From the human T2T-CHM13v2.0 reference genome, Homo sapiens: a stretch of 64,000 bases of DNA. Shown in pieces: positions 1 to 16,215 of this stretch (position 1 is the stretch's first letter; each line of letters opens with the position of its first letter). The stretch lies in the NCBI RefSeq assembly GCF_009914755.1, contig NC_060938.1; one strand, written 5' to 3'. The notes under the pieces were generated by a model, which was not told the origin of the DNA, did no database searches, and saw nothing but the letters and a program-made list of their open reading frames with translations. A program made the position numbers and the translations under genes.

Positions 1-185
1 TGTGCCGGGCACCATTCTTAGCACTTCTTATGTAGAATTGACACTCTTCACAACAAACTTGCCAGGCAGGAACTCTTATATCCATCTAAGATGAGGAAAC
101 TGAGGGGCAGAGGAGGTGAGTAACTCATCCAAGGTCCCAGAGTTAGCATGTGGTGCAGCAGGGATGCTGAGCCCAGATCCAAATT
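1..185. mobile_element. MIR SINE
   Basis: agatgaggaaactgaggggcagaggaggtgagtaactcatccaaggtcccagag is the MIR core. Confidence 0.75.
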
Positions 186-902
186 GAAGCTGGCTGACTA
201 CACAGCCCACGCTGTTAACCACTGGGCAATCCTGCCTCAAGAGCTGTTGGCTGATGTTACTGTTGTTACCATCCAGCTCTTGGTGAGGTAAGTTGAGCTT
301 TCCTCCGGGGAGTTTCACAATCCTGCACTGCCTGTTGTCCAGTGTCTGAAAGCAGACATTTCATACATTTCCCAGGTTTTCCGGTTGTTTATGGCACAAG
401 GGCAAGTCCTTAGCAGTTTCTCCTTCCCGGGTGGAAGTGTGCCTTCACACTTCCTTGACTGCCCGGCTTGAGTGCATGCTAGCAATATTAAATGTGTGCC
501 AAGTGCCCTTCCTGTGACCCAGAAGCCCTTCCTCTCCCGGAAGGGCTTCTCCCCTTCTCACTCTGGTTTCAGAGCAGCATTTGCCTTTTCCTGTTTTGCT
601 GCTTTGGAAGGTGACATGGTATGGGGTTCCGAGTGTGACATTGGAGTGAGCAAGCCCTCCCCACGCTCTCTGACTGTACGTCCACAGGAAAATCACTTCG
701 CCCCTCTGTGCTGCATTTTCCCCATCCCCACACAGCTGATGTTACTTGAAGATAGGGACGATTGTGTGGGATTATGCATGGGAAGTGGGCACACTGCGGC
801 TGAGACTCAGCCAATGGTGATTATTTGGGGCATGTCTCAGAAGAGCATCTTGCAGCTACTCATGGGTGCATGAGCCTATGTTGGTTTTTTGGGGATATTT
901 AG

Positions 903-976
903 AAGTTCCTGATGTCAACCAAGTACAACAAGGACTCCAAGATGTACCGTGCGCTCCAGACTGTGTTTGGTGAGAG
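903..976 (+). CDS. CYP46A1: CYP46A1 exon 4 (KFLMSTKYNKDSKMYRALQTVFGER)
   Basis: tttag|AAG...GAGAG|gtaagg; 74 nt; phase 0-2. Confidence 0.97.
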
Positions 977-1380
977 GTAAGGAGGTATGGTGGAAGGCCT
1001 GGGTGGGAGGCCAGGAGAGCCCTGCTGTGAGTGAGGGCCAGTGCGGTCCAGAATGTGGGGTGTAGAATTGAGGCCTGAGGCCCTGGCTGCCAGGCATGTG
1101 ATGAGTGCCCCGTAAACAGTGGCCCCACTCTTGTCACGAGCAGTTTCCTCCTTCTCCCCCAACCTCCAGATGGCAGGGAATATAGAGGCCACTGAGGTTG
1201 GGTAACACGATCATCCTTTTCCTTTTTAAGTTATTTTTAAAATTCCGGTAAAACTGACATAACATTCACCATTTTCCCCACCTTAGAGGGTACAGTCTAG
1301 TGGAATTCAGTGCCTTCACAATGTGGCGCAACCGTCGCCACCGCCTAGCTCCAATACCGTTTCCTCATCCCAAAATATGA

Positions 1381-1539
<159 letters not shown>

Positions 1540-1896
1540 TGAGTGTGGCCGGAGGCTCCGTGGCTCCTGCCTGGCCAGAGGCAGTAGGGGCTGCCGAAGT
1601 GTAGGTGGGCCTTGGGGAGGGAAGTGTCCACCCAAGGGGGCCTCCCTCAGCTGAAGGGAGAGAGGAAAAAGGGGAAAGACAGGGTGTTAATAGTCAAAAG
1701 GGAGAGAGAGAGAGACAGGCTGACCAAGTGGGGATGAATGAGGCCCCCACGCAGTTTGGGAACATCAAGGGCTGAGTGCCCACGATGGCCAGAAGCATGG
1801 GGGTTCCTGTCCTCCAAGAGCTCCCCACATCAGACCTCATCACTCCTTGTCAGGGCTTCTTCTTTTATTCATTTGAGTTTTTATGTTTTGGTGATA

Positions 1897-3059
1897 TAGT
1901 TGTGCTTTGTATAACGATGTTTCGGTCAACGATGGAATGCATATGTGACAGTGGTCCCGTAAGATTATAATGGAGCTGAAAATTGCTATTGCCTAGTGAT
2001 GCTGTAACCATGGTAATGGCGTAGTGCAATGTGTTACTCACATGTTTGTGGTGGTGCTGGTGTAAACAAACCTGCTGCACTGCCAGTCATGCCAAAGTCT
2101 AGCAGATGCAATTATGGACAGTACGTAATATTGATAAATGATAATTGACTATGTTACTGATTTATGTGTTTACTATACTTTTAAACATTCTTTTAGAATG
2201 GGTTCCTTCTACTTACAGATTTTTTAAAAGTTTACTATACAACAGCCTCAGGCAGGTCCTTCAGGAGGCATCCAGAAGAAGGCATTAGTATCATAGGAGA
2301 TGACAGCTCCATGCCTGTTATTGCCCCTGAAGACTTTCCAGTGAGGAAAGATGCGGAGGTGGAAGGCAGTGATATTGATGATCCTGACCCTGTGTAGGCC
2401 TAGGCTAATGTGTGTGTTTGTGTCTTAGTTTTTCACAACAAAGTTTTAAAAGTAAAAAAGAATTAATAAAAAAGCTTATAGAATAAGGATACAAATAAGA
2501 TAATATTTTTGTACAATTGAACAGTGTTTGTGTTTTAAGCTAAATGTTATTACAAGAGTCAAAAATATTTAAAAAATGAGAAGTTTATAAAGTAAAAAGT
2601 TCTAGTAAGCTAAGGCTAATTTATTATTGAAGAAAGAAAAAAAATTTTTAACTCAGTGTAGCCTGTGTCTGGTTTTTATAAGTCTACATTAGTGTGCAGT
2701 AATGTCCTAGGCCTTCACACTCACCACTCACTCACTGACTCACCCAGAGCAACTTCCAGTCCTGCAAGCTCCATTCACAGTAAGTGCCCTATCCAGGTGG
2801 ACCATTTAAAAAAATCTTTTAGACTGTATTTTTACTGTACCTTTTCTATGTTTAGATATACAAATACCATTGTGTTGCAGTAACCTGTTGCACAGGTGTA
2901 TAGCCTAGGAGCAATAGTCTAGACCATATGGCCTAGGTGTGTAGTAGGCTATACTGTCTAGGTTTGTGTAAGTATACTCTATGCTGTACACACAATGAAG
3001 ACATTCCCTAACAACACATTTCTTAGAATGTATCCTTGTCGTTAAGTAACACATGACTG
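1897..3059. mobile_element. Tigger3b (MER7B/Golem-type) TcMar DNA transposon, full-length non-autonomous
   Basis: Termini tagttgtgctttgtataacgatgtttcggtcaacga… and …gtcgttaagtaacacatgactg match Tigger3 TIRs; TA flanks both ends (1895-1896, 3060-3061); ~1.16 kb. Confidence 0.85.
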
Positions 3060-3069
3060 TACTTTACTT

Positions 3070-4730
<1,661 letters not shown>

Positions 4731-4744
4731 CTTGCCAGAACTCT

Positions 4745-5280
4745 TGCTACAGCCTCCTCATTGGCCTACCCTCCTCCTGTCTCCCTCCTCCAATGTATCC
4801 ACTCACCATCCTGAAGAGATCTTGCTAAAGCTCAGATCTGACCATGCCACTCCCCTGTTCTGAAGCCTTCAATGGCTTCCTATCATCTGAGAGATGAAGA
4901 TCAGACCCCATTCACCCTCAGTCTGCCCCTAAACCCCTCCAACCTTTGCATCCCCTCTCCCCAGCCTTTCTGGAAACCACTGTGCTTTTTCTGGCATCTC
5001 TGCTGTTCCCACTGCCTCAATGTGAACCTCTGGGGAATTCCTGTTCCTCCTTTGATACCCAGCTAAGATGTCACCTACTGAGGCTGAGTTCATGCCTCCA
5101 TCAAGGCACCTGTCACACCCAATGTAGTGCTTCCATTCATGTCCACCTCCCTCACTAGACCACGGATCCCTGAAGGCAGAAGACGCACCCTGTCCCTGAG
5201 TCCTGCGCCCAGCACCAGGCACCCCACAAGCCCTCCAGGAATGCCCATAGAGTGAATGAATGCGTAAGTGAATCAATGAA
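4745..5280 (+). mobile_element. L2 LINE fragment
   Basis: ctcagatctgaccatgccactcccctg…ccttcaatggcttcc, ending in a (tgaa)n-like tail. Confidence 0.7.
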
Positions 5281-6654
5281 TTGGAATAGTCTCAGTCTTA
5301 CTGGAAAGTTGTCAGAAGTGAAAATGGGAAGGAGTAGACTGGAAAGAGACATTTATTTAAGAAATACTTATTGTGCCAAGAGCCAGGGTTGCAAAGGCCA
5401 GCCAAGCAAACTTCAGGAAGCTTTGAGGTTATGGGAAACATCAATTCTAACCAGATGATGGCCCACATGATCATGACATAACCATGTCATTGTCTTGAGG
5501 AAGCATCTCCAGCACATAGAACCTCATGTTTGAACAGTGCTTTATAGTTTATAAAGTGCTTTCACAGACATTTTTATTTTTTTAACTTTTTATACACACA
5601 GCATAAAGTTTGCCATCTTAACCATTTTTAGGTGTGCAGTTCAGTGGTATTAAATTCATTCGCATTATTACGCAACCATCACCAGATATTTTTATTTTTT
5701 AATCTCACAATAAGATGTTGTCTTAGAGATGACTGTTCTATAGTAAATGCCAAATTTACAAGGCTTTATGAAAGAAACTTTAGAAGATGCCTGTGTTTAT
5801 GAAAGTATTATTGAGCCTTGGTGAATCCTAATTCACTAATGAAGAAAAAATAGGAACCACTGATGAGTTTCATCTCCAACCATTACCCACACAGAATATA
5901 ATTTTGTACTTTTAATAAAACTGTGAGAGTAAATTGCTAGTTTCTACTTTTCCAGATTTTGGTTTTATGGGAAGACCTCAGTCTGAGTCCACCGAGGGAG
6001 TCAGGATTTTATTGTTCACCTAACGCTGTAGCCCAGTTTTGTTTCTACAATAGCTGCAAGAGATTCAGTGTTTGTATGATAACCGGCCACATACTATCTG
6101 GATAATCAACTTAAATGAGATTTTTTTAAAAAGACAACTACAAATCATCTTGCAAATAAATATATACTTGCCAACCATGTAAGCATTATGAGAAAAAGTC
6201 AAGGGTGCTGTGGGAGCATATATTGCACCTACCTGGGGCTCAAGAGTTACTGCCTGAGGAAGCGGCCTTTGAGTGTCCATCTGGAGAAGGGAGACATTCA
6301 GGTAGTGATGGTTGTGGGGGATAGAGGGTGAGTGCTCCAGGAGAGGGGATGTGTGTGCACCAGCCCCATGGTGGGCAGGAGCATTGTATTTGGAGGAGCC
6401 AAAAGGCCCCTGGAACAGGAAGGCAATGTTATAGGTGGAGGTCAGCGAGAAGCAGACTCCAGCTCTTAAGCTCAGGTGAAGATTTTCATCCCCCTCCTAA
6501 GAGCAACAGCATGCTTCAAAGTGTTTTATGTTGCAAAGGGACCAGATGAGAGTGGAGAGCCCCAGGCTCACCTGCTGCCAGGCATGTGCGTCGGCTAGTT
6601 GGGCAATGAAAAGCTGGTTACTATTTTAGTTTTTCTTCTCCCATTCTCTCTCTC

Positions 6655-6947
6655 TTTTTTAGAGACAGGGTCTCACTCTTTCACCCAGACTGGAGTGCAA
6701 TGGTGTGACCATAGCTTACTCTAACCTTGACCTCCTGGGCTCAAGTGATCCTCCGGCCTCAGCCTTTCAAGTAGCTGGGGCTACAGGAGTGTGCCACCAT
6801 GCCCAGCTAGTTTTTATTTTTATTTTTTGCAGAGACGGAGTCTTGCTGTGTTGTCCAGGCTGGTCTGGAACTCATGGCCGCAAGCAATCCTCCTGCTCTC
6901 GCCTTCCAAAGTATTGGGGTTATAGGCATGAGCCCCTGGCCCTGGCC
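6655..6947 (-). mobile_element. AluJ-like
   Basis: Antisense Alu dimer with J-type features (gggctcaagtgatcctc, caagcaatcctcc). Confidence 0.9.
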
Positions 6948-7079
6948 CCATTTCTCTTTTTAAAAATTTTCTATTTGGAAATAATTTCAAATTTTCAGAT
7001 ACGTTTCAAGAATAAGAATAGGACAAAGAATACCCATGTACTCTTTACTCAGATTAATATTAAAAGATTAACATTTCTA

Positions 7080-7527
<448 letters not shown>

Positions 7528-8062
7528 CTAAGCTCTGTGCCTGGGAGGGAGCCCTGTGGGTTGGGAGCTCTGGGGTGCAAATGGTATCTGAGGACTCATT
7601 TCCACATAGAGTTGGACACCATGATTGCTCAAGGACAGGCAGTGAAGTGGGAAAACAAAATGCTGCAGCTGGTGCCCAGGGCAGGGCAGGTAAGGAGAGC
7701 AGGCAACGGGAGTAGAGGGCAGGAGGGGAACCGGGATTGCCCTCTCATGGACTGTAGGAGGCCCAAAGTTTCTACACTGTCACGTCCCTTTGAGGTCAGG
7801 GCTGAAGGGCCACAGTGACCAACAGAGGACCTGTGGAACTGTTAGGACAAGAGCAAGGGAACAGCATCCATCCTGAGTGGAGGAGAATGGTGAAACCCCA
7901 GGGTGTAGTTCAGTTACTACAACTCCAACCTGCAATCTGGGTCTCAAGGGGAGGCCAGAAAGACTGGGAGGGACCACCCACCTTCACTCTGCACAGTATC
8001 CTCTCTGTGGAGAGGGAGGGCACATGGCAGTCCACCATATTGGGCTGGCCAGTGGCCGTTGA

Positions 8063-8323
<261 letters not shown>

Positions 8324-8904
8324 TAACATACCAGCAATTCCTCTGTGCTTCATATATTCTGTATACATTCTGTCTCCTTCAATATTCAAAGCAACCTAGT
8401 GTGAGATTGGGGCTAGTAACTCATTCTTGAGCAAGGGACAGGTGCAGGGCCTGGCCTGTAGCTGGTCAATGGCAGAAGCAAGATTTGATCTCAGGTCTGC
8501 CTGACTCTCAGCCCAAAGGCTGCCTTCCCTCTGCACTCCCTATAGGGTATGACTTGGCTCTTCACCCCAGTAGACTCAGCAGTGGGCCCAGTAACCCCAA
8601 ACCCCACTTTATGTGGGGGCGGGGCAGGTCAGGGAACTGCAGTGTGGGGACAGTGACTGGATTCCTCTTTATCACATTGCTATTCCTTTATCATTTTTGC
8701 TATCCATTCACTTCACTGTGAAGCTAGTATAGAATGAACACTTAAGGAAGGTTGCATTTCAGGGGAAATGCATCTTGTCAAGGAAGAAAGCCAAGTTTAT
8801 TGAGTAGCTACTATGAGCTACTTCATCCTCATAGCATTCCATGGGGATCAAATTATCATGGGTCATTGTAAGCAGCTGATGATATGATGCATATAAACCC
8901 TTAG

Positions 8905-9138
<234 letters not shown>

Positions 9139-9259
9139 TGACCAGCCACCAGAGCTGTTGTCTTCATTTGCTGAAGAACCTCCTTCAGTGATTTTTTTTT
9201 TTTTTTCCCAGAATGGGTTTTGAGTTCTGGTATGTCTGAAGTGACTTCTGAATCAGGAT

Positions 9260-9465
9260 TTGCATGCATTGCCTAAAGTAAAGGCTTAAAATCAAATTGC
9301 CTTAAAGTAAATTAGGAGTTAATCTTTCTCTCATGTGAAATGATCCCCAAAGCAGGCAATGTAGGATGACTATGATGGCTCCATGGTGTCAGATTTTCTG
9401 GATCCTTCTGTCTTCCTGTTCCACTGTCTCAGCACATCACCTCATTGTCATAAGATGGCTGCTGC
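9260..9465. mobile_element. LTR33-like (ERVL) LTR fragment, left part, split by the L1
   Basis: Joining 9465 to 16747 restores …tcataagatggctgctgcagctccacatatcacctccttattccaggcatgaagaagg, similar to LTR33 as I recall it. Confidence 0.55.
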
Positions 9466-9602
9466 GAAAGGTGCACCCTGCCTGCCACTGCCCGTGCCCA
9501 CATGGGGCCTGGGAACCAATCTGCCCCACCCGCTGCAGCTACCACCACCTGCACGCACTGTCCAGGGACCAGACATGCCCCACCCACTGCCAGCACCCGT
9601 GC

Positions 9603-10068
9603 GCATCATCTAGGGGCCTGAGGAATGGTCTACCATGAGTGCTGCCACCAGCGCCTGCCACTGAGAGGGCCTGAGGAGAGGCCTGCCCCACTTGCCGACA
9701 CTGGCCCCCACATGCATCATCCACGGGCCTGAGGAATGGTCTACCATGACTGCTGCCACCAGCGCCTGCCACTGAGAGGGCCTGAGGAGAGGCCTGCCCC
9801 ACTTGCCGACACTGGCCCCCACATGCATCAGCCAGGGGCCTGAGGAATGGTCTACCATGAGTGCTGCCACCAGCGCCTGCCACTGAGAGGGCCTGAGGAG
9901 AGGCCTGCCCCGCTTGCCGACACTGGCCCCCACATGCATCATCCAGGGGCCTGAGGAATGGTCTACCATGACTGCTGCCACTAGCGCCTGCCATTGAGAG
10001 GGCCTGAGGAGAGGCCTGCCCCACTTGCCGACACTGGCCCCCACATGCATCATCCACGGGCCTGAGGA
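9603..10068. repeat. 111-bp minisatellite, ~4.2 near-identical copies, in the L1 5' region
   Basis: AGGAATGGTC at 9621, 9732, 9843 and 9954, plus a partial AGGA at 10065: exact 111-bp period. Confidence 0.97.
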
Positions 10069-13000
10069 CAAGCCTGCCCAGCCCACCACCCACTGTTGCC
10101 TGCACCCAAGCATGCCATCTGGAGGCCTGGGGATTGGCTTGCCCTGCCTAATGTAGGTAGTGCCTGTGTGCAATATTGGAGGACACCTGAGGATAGGCCC
10201 ATCCCTCCTGCTACTGCTGGCGCCCACATATGCCATCCAAGGGCCTGAGCACAGGCCCATCCTACCCACTGTTGCCACCAGTGATGCTCAAGGACTGGCC
10301 TGCCTGGCATCTCCATCCTCAGCAAAGCCTCAGGATGGCCTCCACTAACAATGACAGTCTAAGCCACTGAGAAACTCAGAGATACCACTGACACTGATTA
10401 CAGCTGAAGAAATTAAACAGAAACTATGTTACTGTGCCAATCCATAATCAAGCCAAAGCACCCTACCCACCCAACACTATAAATGCCCCTATAGAAAAGT
10501 CTTTCCCTATGAAAGCCAATCCATAAAATTGGAAGAAGTAACTATTACACTAGATGCACAAAGGGGCAAAAGAAACATGGAAAAAGCAAGGAAATACTAT
10601 ACCTTCAAAGAAACAATAACTCTCCAGCAACAGATTCCAAAGAAAATAAAATTTATTATATGTCTGAAAAAGAATTCAAAATAATGATATTAAACTCTGA
10701 GATACAAGAGAACACAGATAAAAATGCAAAGAAATCAGGAAAACAATTCATGACCTGAATGAGAAATTCAACAGAGAGACAGATAGATGTAAAAGAGAAA
10801 CAAACAGAAATCTTAAAACTGAGGAATTCAGTGAATAGAATAAAAATATAATTGAAAACTTCAACAATAGACTAGATTAAGCAGAAGAAAGAATTTCTGA
10901 ACTTGAAGACAGGTCTTTTTTGAAGCAACCCAATCAGACCAAAAAAAGAAAAGATTGAAGAAAGCCTTTGTGACATGAGACAGCAGTAAGTGACCAAATA
11001 TTCCAGTTCCGGGAATTTCAGGAGAAGAGATGGGCAAAGGCATATGAAACCTATTTAATCAAATAATAGCTGAAAACTTCTCAAGTCTTGCAAAAGATAT
11101 AGACATCCAGGTACAGGAAATATAGAGATCCAGGTATAGTCATGCTTTGTATAATGATGGGAGCTCAAAAATCTCCGAGTAGATTCAACCCAAAAAGGTC
11201 TGCCTTCTCCAAGGCACATTATAGTCAAAGTGTTGAAAGTCAAAGACACAGAGAGAATTTTAAAAACAGCAAGAGAGAAGCATGAATTCACATATAAAGG
11301 AATCAGACTAAAGTAGATTGCTCAGTGAAAATCTTACAAGCCAGGAGTGATTGGGATAATATATTCAAAGTGCTGGAAATTAAAAACTGTCAGTCAAGAT
11401 TATAGTACCCAGTAATGCTATACTTCCAAACTGAAAGAGAAATAAAGTCTGTCCCAAACAAGCAAAAACCGAGGTAAGTCATCACTACTAGACTGGCCCT
11501 ACAAGAAATGTTTAAGGGAATTCTGCATCTGGAAGTGAAAGGACAATCTCTATCATCATGAAAACACATGAAAGTATAAAGCCCACTGATAGGGCAGATC
11601 AGCAAATGAGAAAGAGAAAGGAGTTAAACATTACTATTATAGAATGTTTACCAAACTGCAATGATAAACAGTAAGAGAGGAAGACAGGCACAAAATATAT
11701 ACAGAAAACAATTAATCAAACAACCAGAAAACAATTAACCAAATGACTAGAGTAAGTCCTTACCTATCAATAATAACCTTGAATGTAACTAGATTAAATT
11801 CCCCCACTTAAAAGATATAGATTGACTGAATGGATAAAAAAATTACCCAACTATATGCTGCTTACAAGAAACTCACTTCGCCTGTAAAGACACATACAGA
11901 CTGAAAGTAAAGGAATGGAAAAAGATATTCCACACAAACACAAGCCAAAGCTGTCAGGAGTAGCTATAATTATATCAAATAAAACAGACTTTAAGTCAAA
12001 AACTGTAAAAAGAGACAAGGTCATTATATAATGATAAAGGGATCAATTCTGCAAGAAGATAAAATACTTCTAAATATATTTGCACCCAATACCAGAGCAC
12101 CCAGAGATAGAAAGCAAAGATCTAAAGGAAAAGATAGACTCTAATACAGTAATAGCTGGGGACTTCAACACCCCACTCTCAGCACTGGACAGATCATCTA
12201 GACAGAAAATCATCACAGAAACATTGGATTTAACTACACTTTAGACCGTATAGACCTAATAGACATTTACAGAACTTTTCATCTAATAGCTGCAGAACAT
12301 ACATTCTTCTCATCAGCACATGAAAGATTCTCCAGGATAGATCATATCTTAGGCCACAAAACAAATTTTAAGAAATTGAAATCATATCAAGTATCTTCTC
12401 AGACCACAATGGAATAAAACTAGAAATCAATAACAAGTGAAATTTGGAAATTGTACAAATACATGGAAATTAAACAATATACTCCTGAATGACCACTGGG
12501 TCAATGAAGAAATTAAGAAGGAAATAAAAAAATTCTTGAAACAAATGAAAAGGGGAACACAACATACCAAAACCTGTGGGATACAGCAAAAGCAGTGCTA
12601 AGAGGGATGTTTATAACAGTAAACACTTACATCAAAAAAGTAGGAAGATTTCAAATAAACAGCCAAATGATATATCTCAAGGAATTAGAAAAGCAAGAAC
12701 AAATCAAAGCCAAAATTAGTAGAAGGAAATAAATATCAGTGCAGAATTAAAGGAACTAAAGACTAAAAAAGTACAAAGACCAATGAAGTGAAAGGTTGAT
12801 TTTTGGAAAAGATAAAATCAATAAACCAAGCCAAGAAAAAAAAGAAGACCCATATAAATAAAAGCAGAAACTAAAAAGGAGACATTACAACTGATACCAC
12901 AGAAATACAAAGGAACATTACAGATTTTTATGAACCACTATACACTAACGATTGGAAAACTTAAAAGAAATGGAATTCCTGGACACATACACCCTGCCAA

Positions 13001-14584
13001 GATGATTGAACAAGGAAGAAATAGAAAACCTGAACAGACCAATGGTGAGTAATGAGATTGAAATACTAATAAAAAGTCTTCCAACAAAGAAAAGCCCGTG
13101 ACCAGATGTCTTTACTGCTGAATTCTCCCAAACCCATGAAGAAGAACACCAATTCTTCTCAAACTATTCCAAAAAATTGAAGAAGAGGGAACTCTTCCTA
13201 ACTTATTCTATGAGGCCAGCACTACCCTACCCTGATACCACAAACAGACAAGGACACAATAAAAAAAGAAAAACTACATGCCAACGTCCCTGATGAACAT
13301 AGATGCAAAAATATTCAACAAAATACTAGCAAACAAACCTAATCCAACAACACATTAAAAAGGTAATTCACCATGATTAAGTGGGATTTATCCCAGGGAT
13401 GCAAGGGTGCTTCAACATACACAAGTCAATAAATGTTATACATCATATTAACAGGATGAAGGACAAAAGCCATATGATCATCTCAATAGATGCAGAAAAA
13501 GCACTTGATAAAATTTAACACCACTTCATGATTAAAAACTCTCAACGAATTATGAATAGAAGGAACGTAGCTCAACATAATGAAGGTCGTATATGATATA
13601 CCCACAGCTAACATCATACTTAGTGGGGAAAAGCTAAAAGTCTTTCCTTTAAGAACTGGAACAGGATAAGGATGCCCACTTTCATCACTCTTATTCAACG
13701 TAGTACTATTAATAGAAGTGCTAGCCAGAGCAGTCAGGCAAGAGAAAGAAATAAAAGACGTCCAAATTGGAAAAGAAGAAGTCAAACTGTCCCTCTTTGC
13801 AGAAGACATGATCTTATATTTAGAAATTCCTAAAGACTCTACCAAAAAACTCTTAGAACTGATGAATGACTTCAGTAAAGTTGTGGGGTAAAAAAAAATC
13901 AGCATACAAAAATCAGTAGCAATTCTATACACCAATAATGAACTCATGGAAGAAGAAACCAATAAAGCAATCCCATTTACAATTGTTATGTAGAAAATAA
14001 AATACCTAGGAATAAATTTAACCAAGGAGGTGAAAGACCTATACAAGGAAAACTACAAAACACTGATGAAAGAAATTGAAGAAGACACAAACAAATGAAA
14101 AAACATCCCATGCTCATGGATCGAAAGAATTAATATTGTTAAAATGACCATGCTACCTAAAGCAATCTAAAGATTCAATGCAATCTCTGTCAAAATACCA
14201 ATGACATTCTTCACAGAAATAGAAAAAGCAATCTTAAAATTTGCGTGAAACCACGAAAGAGCCAAATAGCCAAAGCAACTCTGAGCAAAAAGAACAAAGC
14301 TGGAGGCACCATACTACCCGATTTCAAAATCTACTATAAAGCTACAATAACCAAAACAGCATGGTATTGGTTTAAAAAATAACAACAGACATAGACCAAT
14401 GTAACAGAATAGACAGCCCAGAAATATATTCATGTATTTACAGGAAACAGACTCAACAAAGGCACCAAGAACATACACTGGGGAAAGGGCAGTGCTGGGA
14501 AAACTGGATATCTAAATGCAGAAGAATTAAACCATACCCCTGTCTCTCACCATATACAAAAATCACCTTAAAATGAATAGACTT

Positions 14585-14886
<302 letters not shown>

Positions 14887-15030
14887 TTAATAGACTTAAA
14901 CATAAGACCTGCAACCATAAAAACACTAGAAGAAAACATAGGGGAAATGCTCCAGGACATTGGTGTAGGCAAACATTTTATAGCTAAGACTTCAAAAATA
15001 CAGGCAACAACAACGAAAATAGACAAACGT

Positions 15031-15320
15031 GGCCAGGCATGGTGGCTCATGCCCGTAATCCCAGCACTTTGGGAGGCCAAGGCAGGCAGATCACTTGAGG
15101 GCAGGAGTTTCAGACCAGCCTGGCCAACGTGGTGAAACCCTGTCTCTACTAAAAATTCAAAAATTAGCCTAAAATACAAAAATTAGCCAGGCATGGTGTT
15201 TGGCATTTGTAGTCCCAGCTACTCAGGAGGCAGAGGCTGCAGTGAGCCGAGATCATGCCACTGCACTCCAGCATGGCTGACAGAGTGAGACTCCATCTCA
15301 AAAAAAAAAAAAAAAAAAAA
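15031..15320 (+). mobile_element. AluS inside L1 (duplicated linker, right-arm deletion)
   Basis: Alu dimer with long A-tail. Confidence 0.9.
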
Positions 15321-15908
15321 GACGTGTGACTATATTAAATGTGACTATATTAAACTAAAAAGGTTCCGCACAGCAAAAGAAACTATCAACAGAATAAAGA
15401 GACAACTTGTTAAATGGGAGAAAGAATTTACAAACCACTCATCTGACAAGGAACACAACAGCAAAAAAAAGAAAAGCAAATAATTCCATTAAAAAGTTGG
15501 CAAAGGATCTGAATAGACATTTCTCAAAAGACAAATGGCCAAGAGGTATATGAAAAAATGTTCAACGTCACTAATCATCAGATAAATGCAAATCTGTGAG
15601 ATATCATCTTATCCCAGTTAGAATGGCTATTATCAAAATGACAAAAAATAACAGATGCGGGTGAGGATAGAGAGAAATGGAACTCTTATGCATTGTTGGC
15701 AGGGATGTAAATTTGTATAGCCATTATGGAAAACAGTGTGGAGGTTTCTCAAACTAAAAAGAGAACTACCATATGATTCCGCAGTCCCACTACTGGGTAT
15801 TTATCCAAAGAAAAATCAGTATATCAAAGGAACACCTGCACAATAGCCAAAATATAGAATCAACCTAAGCATCCATCAACAGATAAATGGATAAAGAAAA
15901 TTTGGTGT

Positions 15909-16215
<307 letters not shown>

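Noticed and set aside
9539-10278. 188-aa and 222-aa minus-strand repetitive ORFs; superficially CRISPR-like array
   Set aside because: They arise because the 111-bp unit is a multiple of 3 and lacks stops in those frames. There are no unique spacers and no cas genes, and the context is eukaryotic.
13483-14046. 187-aa minus-strand ORF
   Set aside because: Antisense of decayed L1 ORF2, a common artefact
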